From the IMG/VR virus record IMGVR_UViG_3300036713_000542, positions 1-42,897 of that record: a stretch of 42,897 nucleotides of DNA, one strand, 5' to 3'. The translations under genes and the position numbers were made by a program. Below the pieces are notes generated by a model. The model searched no databases and was not told where the DNA came from. It saw nothing but the letters and a program-made list of their open reading frames with translations. Of this stretch, positions 36,332-42,897 are shown piece after piece. The stretch is from a virus (lineage: Duplodnaviria; Caudoviricetes). Position 1 is the first letter of the stretch, and every line of letters starts with the position of its first letter.

Positions 36332-36667
36332 TCACCTCCTCTTCACTGGAAGGGAGAAGCAGTGCCCGCACCGGCACCGGAAGTAGGCTCGGTCGACGAC
36401 CCTCTGCCCCGTCTCGTCCTCCGGGTCTCGCACCTTCCCTACAGACGCTAGGACCACCGCTTGCCTCCCGTCTATCAGAACTGCCCTGCACTTGGGGCAA
36501 GGGTGGGCAGAGGGCTTCCGGTACGCGTCGGGGAGGGGCTCGTCTTCCGGCCAGGACCCGGAGGACCTCACGGAGTCGTCCACTCGAGCCCAGTTTATCT
36601 GCGGTGCTCGGTGTACCGGCTCTGCCTTGTTCTTCCTGGGCCTTCCTCGTTTCCTTGGCTTCTCCAT
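36332..36667 (-). CDS. AT-hook-like and Zn-ribbon protein
   Basis: KPRKRGRPRK; CPKC...CRCGHC; GGAGG RBS. Confidence 0.7.
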   Translation of the reverse strand: MEKPRKRGRPRKNKAEPVHRAPQINWARVDDSVRSSGSWPEDEPLPDAYRKPSAHPCPKCRAVLIDGRQAVVLASVGKVRDPEDETGQRVVDRAYFRCRCGHCFSLPVKRR

Positions 36668-36669
36668 CA

Positions 36670-38640
36670 CTACCTCCCTATTTTCCATCCTCGACCTCCC
36701 CGGAGCTCTGGATTCTCCACTGTACTCCAGTTTCGCACGAGGGGATTTGCCCCTCGAATCTTCCGCCGATCCCCGTCTCGAAAGCCCGCGAAAGCCGCAG
36801 CTGCCCGAGACAAGTACAACGCGTCAAGGTAGTGGTTGTCCTTCCGGACCCGCCTCCACCACCGCTTGAGCTGACCTGCATGCCGCTTCTCCTCCTCGCG
36901 CTCCGCTGTCACCTGGAGAGCGAAAGTCTTATGAGTCCCCCGCGAAGCCTGAAAAAGCTCTATGGTCCTCTCGTCGTCCAGCCCGGCTGCCAGCGCCAGC
37001 TGCACCTCGCGCTTCCATCTGTTGGTGTCTACCATCAACAGTTTTGTCCCGAAGTGCCTGTCCCGCTTCGTGTACCACCCGTCCCCCGCCACAACGCCTT
37101 TGGTGCCCGGCGCTGGGAGCTGGAAATTCTTCCGCTCCTGCCCAGCTCCGCAGCCCTTGGCCGGGAGCACCTTCTCCTTGTCGCACCGGACGCACCAATT
37201 CCGAACTTCGTCTGTCGCGTACCCGCTGTCTATCACGATCCGATCAGGAGGTATCAGCTCCCCGCTGGAGCCCGTCCTCTTCCACCCGTGCGCCAGGACA
37301 GACTCCCACAGAGAGTCCAGAGCCGCTCCAATCGCATCCATGCCGTGCCCGGAATCGGGAACTTCGAACTCCCCGTAGTTTAGCACGTGCCCCCTCCCAG
37401 GGGGCGTCCAAGCGCAGGCCACCCAGTGGATGACATGCGCTCCCACGTCGATGCCTACCGTCAGAAGCTCCGCCTTCAAAGGCAGGTGGCCTCGAGGGAT
37501 CGCTCCGATTTTCTTCATGACGATGGTGCGCTCGAGGCCAGCTATCCTCTCGTCGATCCAATCGTCCTCGGTCGGCAGCGCCCATACCTGCTGCCGCACG
37601 TTCCTCAGCTGCAGGCCAGTGTCGTCCTGGGAGGCTCTCCACTCCTTCTCCGCAAGGCTGGCGTAGTCGATCAGCGGCGAGTGGAACGCCGTCCACCGCA
37701 TCCCCAAGGTGGTAGTCGAGGGCTCCGGGCCTATGACCCGGCCTTTCTGGTCCAGACGCTGGTCCTTCGGCACCAGCCTCGGCTTCCTCAAAGCGTCCTC
37801 CCGGTCGGACTCCGACAAAACCACCCCACAAGCCGGGCAGACGAACGTCGCCTTCCTCACAGCATCCTCGAGATCAGGCACATCCCAGCCCTTGAAGTGC
37901 TCCCGCTCGTGTTTCACCCACTGAGCGCAGTGAGGGCACCTCACCTGGACGGAGTGCCCGCTGCCCCACTCCTGGGTCTCTCTCCAGATCCTGCCATGCA
38001 CGGTCGTAGTCGTACACTCCGCATACAGCAGCGCCTGCCTCCCGAAGCTCTGGGACCGGTTCTCGAACTGGTCGATGGGAGAACCTTCCTCGGAGGTTTC
38101 CAGAGGATTTTCCATCCGGTCCACCTCGGTCAGGACCACCACTCGAGCGGTATGCGAGGACTTCTGAGCGTCCCCTCCCTGAGCCCCCATGAGGCGCAGG
38201 GAGGATCCGTTGGTGAAGTAGACCACGTCAGGAGTCCCGCCTCTGGACCCTGCTCCGGAAGTAGGGAGATATTTCACGAAGCGGGACTTTTCAATGACGG
38301 GAAGTATCTTGTCTTTGTAGACAGCCGCAGCCAAGTCAAGAGAGGGGGCTCCGAGGATAACGTGCTCCCCTATCTCAAACAAGTGGTACAGCGCAGGGAA
38401 CACGCAAAAAAGCAGCGTTTTCCCAGACTGGGCGCTGCCCGTCCCCCACATGCGCCTCCACCTGCCCGAGCCCATCTCGTCGAGGAGGAGGCCTGTCCAG
38501 GGAGCGGTCTTGGTCTTGAACTTGAACCCGGCGTGGATCCCGGTAGAAAGGACTATCTCCTGCTCGCAGAACTCCCGCAGAGAGCGTATCTGCGGAGGTT
38601 TTGCGGTCTCGAAAAAGGCCTTGAAGTGGTTTTCTTTCAC
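36670..38640 (-). CDS. terL: Terminase large subunit, lambda GpA family
   Basis: SAQSGKT, LTEVD, CPHC/CPAC, TVGIDVG, IDSGY and NHYLD motifs. Confidence 0.93.
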   Translation of the reverse strand: MKENHFKAFFETAKPPQIRSLREFCEQEIVLSTGIHAGFKFKTKTAPWTGLLLDEMGSGRWRRMWGTGSAQSGKTLLFCVFPALYHLFEIGEHVILGAPSLDLAAAVYKDKILPVIEKSRFVKYLPTSGAGSRGGTPDVVYFTNGSSLRLMGAQGGDAQKSSHTARVVVLTEVDRMENPLETSEEGSPIDQFENRSQSFGRQALLYAECTTTTVHGRIWRETQEWGSGHSVQVRCPHCAQWVKHEREHFKGWDVPDLEDAVRKATFVCPACGVVLSESDREDALRKPRLVPKDQRLDQKGRVIGPEPSTTTLGMRWTAFHSPLIDYASLAEKEWRASQDDTGLQLRNVRQQVWALPTEDDWIDERIAGLERTIVMKKIGAIPRGHLPLKAELLTVGIDVGAHVIHWVACAWTPPGRGHVLNYGEFEVPDSGHGMDAIGAALDSLWESVLAHGWKRTGSSGELIPPDRIVIDSGYATDEVRNWCVRCDKEKVLPAKGCGAGQERKNFQLPAPGTKGVVAGDGWYTKRDRHFGTKLLMVDTNRWKREVQLALAAGLDDERTIELFQASRGTHKTFALQVTAEREEEKRHAGQLKRWWRRVRKDNHYLDALYLSRAAAAFAGFRDGDRRKIRGANPLVRNWSTVENPELRGGRGWKIGR

Positions 38641-38658
38641 GAGAGGGAGGCCTTCATT

Positions 38659-39033
38659 CTAAGTGGACGTCCTCCGCTGATGCCACGGAACCTGGTTCTT
38701 TGAGAAGTCCAGCCACTGCAAGAGCCCCTCCCAGTCCCCTTCGAACCGAAACCCCCGGTCGTCCACATACACCCTAGCCAAAGGCTTCTCCTGCACGACA
38801 TCCGAAACCACGTCAGACAATCCGTGCCCCCGAAGCCACTCCCAGATAGCGGCCCTGCCCTGCTCGGTCGAGCATCTGCAGCTGTGGACCACCAACCGAA
38901 AATCGTCCGACAACCACTCCAGAGCCTCGCGAGTCCCAGGGAGAGGCGGGTCTGGCAGGCTCTCCGGGCCTTCCCATCTACCGGTGTACAGCACACCGTC
39001 GAAATCCAAACATATCGTGGGCTCGACGCTCAT
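38659..39033 (-). CDS. HAD-superfamily phosphatase
   Basis: CLDFDGVL and KP....YVDDRG motifs. Confidence 0.85.
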   Translation of the reverse strand: MSVEPTICLDFDGVLYTGRWEGPESLPDPPLPGTREALEWLSDDFRLVVHSCRCSTEQGRAAIWEWLRGHGLSDVVSDVVQEKPLARVYVDDRGFRFEGDWEGLLQWLDFSKNQVPWHQRRTST

Positions 39034-39518
39034 TTCAGAAACCCTTGCAAGTCCTCCTGCACTTGGTCGAGGAGCTCCCGGAGGTCGTCCCCGACCTCGT
39101 CCCCGTACTTCCGCTGGAGGCTCTCTCCTCTCGTCCGAAACCGGATGCCAATGAAGCGGGCCTGGTCGTCCACCTCGGCCCGCAGCGCCAGCTTCTGCTC
39201 CCTGAGGTCGTTTTCCATTTTCAGCTTTCTAGCAGCTTCGTACCTCTGCTTCGCCAGCTCCGAGCCCGCGTCCAGCTCTGCCTCTCCTGTGGCCTCCTCG
39301 AGCCTCCCCACGGCCTTCCCGGCCTTCACGCCCCGGTCATACTCCCGCTGCTTGAGAAACTCTATCACCTTTCGGATGGCATAGACGTTTGCTCTCCCCT
39401 CCTTCCTGACCTCCAGCCCGTCTCGCTTCCACCGGGATGCCGTCCGGTTATCTATTCCGAGAGCCCTGCACAGCTCCGAGGAATTGAGAGTAAGACCTTC
39501 TTTCTTGTCCAGATTCAC
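39030..39518 (-). CDS. terS: Terminase small subunit (Nu1-like winged HTH plus coiled coil)
   Basis: LNSSELCRALGIDNRTASRWKRDGL...Y....V..F followed by a coiled coil. GTGA overlap at 39515-39518. Confidence 0.8.
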   Translation of the reverse strand: MNLDKKEGLTLNSSELCRALGIDNRTASRWKRDGLEVRKEGRANVYAIRKVIEFLKQREYDRGVKAGKAVGRLEEATGEAELDAGSELAKQRYEAARKLKMENDLREQKLALRAEVDDQARFIGIRFRTRGESLQRKYGDEVGDDLRELLDQVQEDLQGFLK

Positions 39519-39832
39519 GGCAGGAGAAGCCTCACGGCTGCCAGATCCTCTGCGCTCAGGTTGCCTCGGTCGATCAGCCCCAGCGCGGCATCCAGGTCGG
39601 CCTGCGCATCGAGCCTCTCGCGCTCTTCTTCGACCAGGATCCGGGCACGATCCAGCGCCACCAGCTCGGCATGCGCAGCCAGTGCCTGCGCCGCCAGGAT
39701 CAGAGGCCCCCTGTACCGGTAGATCTGCCGATTCAGGAGGATCGTCCGACCGTCCCACCGATCCACGAGGGGGGCGGTGATCGGCCCTTGGATGTAGGAG
39801 GCACCACATCGTCGCAATGCTCGTGAATACAT
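39515..39832 (-). CDS. Small protein following collagen fibre B (possible fibre chaperone)
   Basis: GGAG RBS; helical C-terminus; synteny. Confidence 0.55.
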   Translation of the reverse strand: MYSRALRRCGASYIQGPITAPLVDRWDGRTILLNRQIYRYRGPLILAAQALAAHAELVALDRARILVEEERERLDAQADLDAALGLIDRGNLSAEDLAAVRLLLP

Positions 39833-39843
39833 GTCTCGACTCC

Positions 39844-40509
39844 CTACAGGTAGCACTCAGCGGTAAACAGAGACTCGTCGGCTGCAGCATTGTCATACGT
39901 GACGTCGCAATTGGCGTGATTGCTTTTTATGGTCAGTGTATACGTCTTCGCGCTGGTTGTGGCGGGCGTGTCCTCCCACATGAACATACTCGGCCCGAGG
40001 CTCGGAGCCGTGGACGAAGATGCAGCAATCAGATTTCGCCCGATGAATCGCGCGCCGAGTGCCGTACCATTCGGGGGATTCCCAGCACCGCCGGTTGAAT
40101 CCCGGTGGCAATTCACCGCGCCAGCCCGGACGTTCAAACTCGCGCCGTCCCCAGTGGGTTTGAGCGTCCCACTCCAGAGGATCCGCACTTTGTGGCTCGA
40201 CGTCGGCGGCGTGATCGATATCTGATGCGTGGTTTCCACCTCGGTAGTGCCTGCAATCGTCTCGTCACCTCCCCCCGTGCCGGGCTGTGTGACGATTGTC
40301 GAGATGACGCCTGCAGCGCCGGTTGCGCCCGTGGCTCCGGTCGCTCCGGTCGCTCCGGTCGCTCCGGTTGCCCCTGCAGCTCCAGCTGCTCCGGTCGCTC
40401 CGTCTGCTCCCGTCGCTCCGGTCGCGCCGGTCGCGCCGGTCGCGCCTGTCGCTCCGGTCGCGCCTGTCGCTCCGGTCGCACCTGGGATGTCAGGGGAGAA
40501 ACCTCTCAT
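39844..40509 (-). CDS. Collagen-like fibre protein B
   Basis: About 19 Gly-Ala-Thr/Asp/Ala triplets followed by a beta-rich globular domain. Confidence 0.85.
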   Translation of the reverse strand: MRGFSPDIPGATGATGATGATGATGATGATGATGADGATGAAGAAGATGATGATGATGATGATGAAGVISTIVTQPGTGGGDETIAGTTEVETTHQISITPPTSSHKVRILWSGTLKPTGDGASLNVRAGAVNCHRDSTGGAGNPPNGTALGARFIGRNLIAASSSTAPSLGPSMFMWEDTPATTSAKTYTLTIKSNHANCDVTYDNAAADESLFTAECYL

Positions 40510-40769
40510 CGCTCTACCTCCAATTCAGCCACCGCCCGGCCCGCCTCTTGAACTTCTGACGGCATAAACACTCCAATACGCCCACCCTCAAAAGCCACCT
40601 CGTAGCACAAGCCATGGGAGTCGTGATGCGTAACCACCACTCCGTACAATCCCCACAGCCCCTTTCGGTCCTCTATCGTCTCAGGAGTGAATTCTCGCCG
40701 CTCATCAGGGTGAGGTTGCGTCGTCCTCACACAGGTCCCATTTTTGACAGGTGGCCATGAGTCCCTCAT
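40506..40769 (-). CDS. Hypothetical protein, 87 aa (SH3-like pattern)
   Basis: GGAGG RBS; ATGA overlaps at both ends. Confidence 0.65.
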   Translation of the reverse strand: MRDSWPPVKNGTCVRTTQPHPDERREFTPETIEDRKGLWGLYGVVVTHHDSHGLCYEVAFEGGRIGVFMPSEVQEAGRAVAELEVER

Positions 40770-41056
40770 CGCTCTACCTCCAGCTCAGCTACTGCTCGGT
40801 CCGCTTCGTACTGTGCGGTCTCTCGCGCCGCTCTGATTTCAGCGACCTTGGCCTGGATCGCCCTCTCTCGAGCCCCGGCCAGGTCGCCCACGGCCTCAGT
40901 GCCGACCTGGCGAAAGGGCGCAATCCCCAGCGGCGGCCCGGACAGTGCGACAAGAGCGCAGCCACGGGGGCGAACGGGTAGCGTGCCGCCCTGCGCGTCG
41001 TGATCGATCACGGTGTCAATCCGCCCATCAGGCCAAACGTAGGCACTCCAGCTCAT
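40766..41056 (-). CDS. Small protein following collagen fibre A (possible fibre chaperone)
   Basis: ATGA overlap at 41053-41056; helical C-terminus. Confidence 0.6.
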   Translation of the reverse strand: MSWSAYVWPDGRIDTVIDHDAQGGTLPVRPRGCALVALSGPPLGIAPFRQVGTEAVGDLAGARERAIQAKVAEIRAARETAQYEADRAVAELEVER

Positions 41057-41754
41057 GCTTTCGCCCTCAGGTATGTGGTGATGATCGTGCCGACACCCAG
41101 GCCCCCCGCGTGAGCCGCCGCTATCCTGACAGCCGTAATCGTCGAGATAGAAGCCCCTGGTTTGCACCCGTCGCAATAAAATGTGGTGCGGTCGGCTGGA
41201 TCCGCGCTCTCGATCCCCCTCAAATACTCGCCGACGAGGCAAACTCGCTCACCTGCAATGCTGATACGGACAAAACCGGAAGCCAACCCGCTCTGAAGAC
41301 AACTGAGAAGCTTTATGTCGTTCGCAGCCGTTATGATATTCATCGTACCGGTATTGTGGTAGTGATAGTAGCCACCCCTGTAGTAGTTCGAATCGGTGTA
41401 GTCGGCCTGCACATACGCGGAATACGATTCCGTCCCGGCGTAGTCGTTTACGATGTCAACCGATATCTCCAGCCTTTCCCCCTCGCTCATTGACACGCCA
41501 GGGATATCATAGGTCTGTATCGCTGACCCGGCCACCTCGTAGGAATCGACCAAGGTGAGTGCTCCAGCCGCCCCGGTTGCGCCGGTCGCTCCGGTCGCGC
41601 CGGTCGCTCCGGTCGCTCCGTCTGCTCCAGTCGCCCCGGTCGCTCCGTCTGCTCCAGTCGCCCCGGTCGCTCCGTCTGCTCCAGTCGCCCCGGTCGCTCC
41701 GTCTGCTCCAGTCGCCCCGGTCGCGCCCGGTATGTCAGGAGAGAAACCTCTCAC
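41053..41754 (-). CDS. Collagen-like fibre protein A
   Basis: About 18 GAT/GAD triplets. Same N-terminus ([10 protein letters not shown]) as fibre B but a different C-terminal domain. Confidence 0.85.
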   Translation of the reverse strand: MRGFSPDIPGATGATGADGATGATGADGATGATGADGATGATGADGATGATGATGATGATGAAGALTLVDSYEVAGSAIQTYDIPGVSMSEGERLEISVDIVNDYAGTESYSAYVQADYTDSNYYRGGYYHYHNTGTMNIITAANDIKLLSCLQSGLASGFVRISIAGERVCLVGEYLRGIESADPADRTTFYCDGCKPGASISTITAVRIAAAHAGGLGVGTIITTYLRAKA

Positions 41755-41888
41755 AACCCCGCCTCCACCTCTGCCGCCCTCTTCAGCAGCTCCCTACGAC
41801 GTAGAGCCTTGGCCGCTGCTCTCTTCAACGCAACCAGCTTTCCGTTCTTCAAAGCCGCCACCACATCTTTCTTCAGCTGATCATCCAT
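41751..41888 (-). CDS. Small basic protein, 45 aa (below the ORF-track cut-off)
   Basis: Hand translation [17 protein letters not shown]...RAAEVEAGL*; fills the gap with overlaps on both sides. Confidence 0.55.
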   Translation of the reverse strand: MDDQLKKDVVAALKNGKLVALKRAAAKALRRRELLKRAAEVEAGL

Positions 41889-42099
41889 CCCTAACGTCCC
41901 TCAGCAGCTGCAGGAGCTCTGAATTCAATGAGCGGATTTCCTCCGCATGCTGGGCTGCGCACTGCACACACCGCTTCTCCGACGCGTCCAATCTCTCCCA
42001 CATCTTGTTCCACACCGTCCGGATCCCGATTGCGCAACCCACCGCCACGATTCCGGCCACTCCCAGAGAAGGGAGGAATTCAGCCCATACCTCACCCAC
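41881..42099 (-). CDS. Holin-like single-TM protein with coiled coil
   Basis: GGAG before GTG 42099; LGVAGIVAVGCAIGI TM segment followed by a coiled coil. Confidence 0.5.
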   Translation of the reverse strand: MGEVWAEFLPSLGVAGIVAVGCAIGIRTVWNKMWERLDASEKRCVQCAAQHAEEIRSLNSELLQLLRDVRDG

Positions 42100-42110
42100 G
42101 GCACTCCCAC

Positions 42111-42395
42111 CTATCCCAGGAGCAGAGACCTCACGACCCGCGCCCCAAACTCTAAAATAGATCCGAACACCCTCTGGGACCACGAAGACAGCCTCACCCT
42201 TAGAATCCCTCGCACGACCTTCGCCTGACCGAGAAGCTCCTCGAACAGCGCATCGTCGGGCTCCCTCACGAGAGCAGCAAAGTCCTCCGCGATCTCCTCC
42301 ACGTACTCCGACACCGAGTCGGCGTGCTCGGAAGAGACCTCCCGCAGCAACGCCTTCATTTCCTCGAGGAAGCTCTCCAGCTGGAAATCCGGCAC
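42111..42395 (-). CDS. Acidic helical hypothetical protein
   Basis: GGAGG RBS; TAGTG overlap with the upstream gene. Confidence 0.65.
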   Translation of the reverse strand: MPDFQLESFLEEMKALLREVSSEHADSVSEYVEEIAEDFAALVREPDDALFEELLGQAKVVRGILRVRLSSWSQRVFGSILEFGARVVRSLLLG

Positions 42396-42667
42396 TACTC
42401 TGCCTCCTCGATTGCGGTCCGGACAATGGCTCTAAGGAGCTCAGTGGAGCGGAGGTAGACATCCCTCTGGATCTCGACCAGAGAGGAGTCAGAAGCCACG
42501 TACACGTCGTGCCTGTCACACACCAGCTGCACGACCTCCTGCACGTCCACAGCCGCTATCTGCCCCTTACCCACACACCCAGGAGTGCATAGGATAGAGA
42601 CCGTGATCGCGGTCAGTATCAGCACGAGAGCCGCCCACTCCAGTAGAGATGGCTGCGCCTTACGCAA
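42395..42667 (-). CDS. Putative lipoprotein
   Basis: TTG 42667 with a purine-rich RBS; basic N-terminus, hydrophobic stretch and lipobox-like TPGC. Confidence 0.55.
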   Translation of the reverse strand: MRKAQPSLLEWAALVLILTAITVSILCTPGCVGKGQIAAVDVQEVVQLVCDRHDVYVASDSSLVEIQRDVYLRSTELLRAIVRTAIEEAE

Positions 42668-42701
42668 AGGTCTCCCCCCTTCCTCGATAGGGCTACACCC
42701 T

Positions 42702-42730
42702 ACTGTATACCGGATGCGACACGACGTCAA
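42702..42730 (-). promoter_or_regulatory. Putative promoter heading the late arm
   Basis: TTGACG-N17-TACAGT on the minus strand. Confidence 0.55.
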
Positions 42731-42897
42731 GATTCTGAGACATGCCTCCGTCGCCCTACCTCCGGGAAGGTTTTTGAACACCCGTTCATTAACAGGAGTA
42801 GTGAACTACAGATACGGCCCGGCAGGCGGCTGGACAGGCAAGACATGGTATCGAAAATCATTTATGGGAGGGAATCTCCCGAAGATTTGCCGGGCGT

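Overview
The window looks like an essentially complete ~43 kb, GC-rich, tailed dsDNA phage genome (Caudoviricetes-like). All product calls rest on motifs read by eye; no database search was run. Layout: (i) 1-437, two tandem-repeat arrays; (ii) 433-4295, a leftward block of small genes, an HTH regulator, a probable origin and a primase-helicase; (iii) 4492-16202, a rightward early/replication arm with a pentapeptide-repeat protein, a ~1.7 kb non-coding array, a PD-(D/E)XK exonuclease, an SF2 helicase, a family A DNA polymerase, a PAPS-reductase-like protein and a RuvC-like resolvase; (iv) 16225-42667, a leftward virion arm with lambda-type terminase and portal, HK97-type protease, capsid, a glycosyltransferase plus methyltransferase, tail and fibre genes, two collagen-like fibres and small membrane proteins. 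The stand-out feature is 4952-6655. Seven copies of a 24-nt hairpin repeat (GACAGCCCGGAAAGACGGGCACTA) occur there, and five sit exactly in front of tRNA-like RNAs. These RNAs keep a covarying 7-bp acceptor stem, a T-arm and an A73 discriminator, but have unrelated 50-78 nt interiors and no normal anticodon loop. An aberrant tRNA lies inside the array, and a further minimal tRNA-like element lies in the late operon (29518-29582). No integrase or endolysin was recognised.
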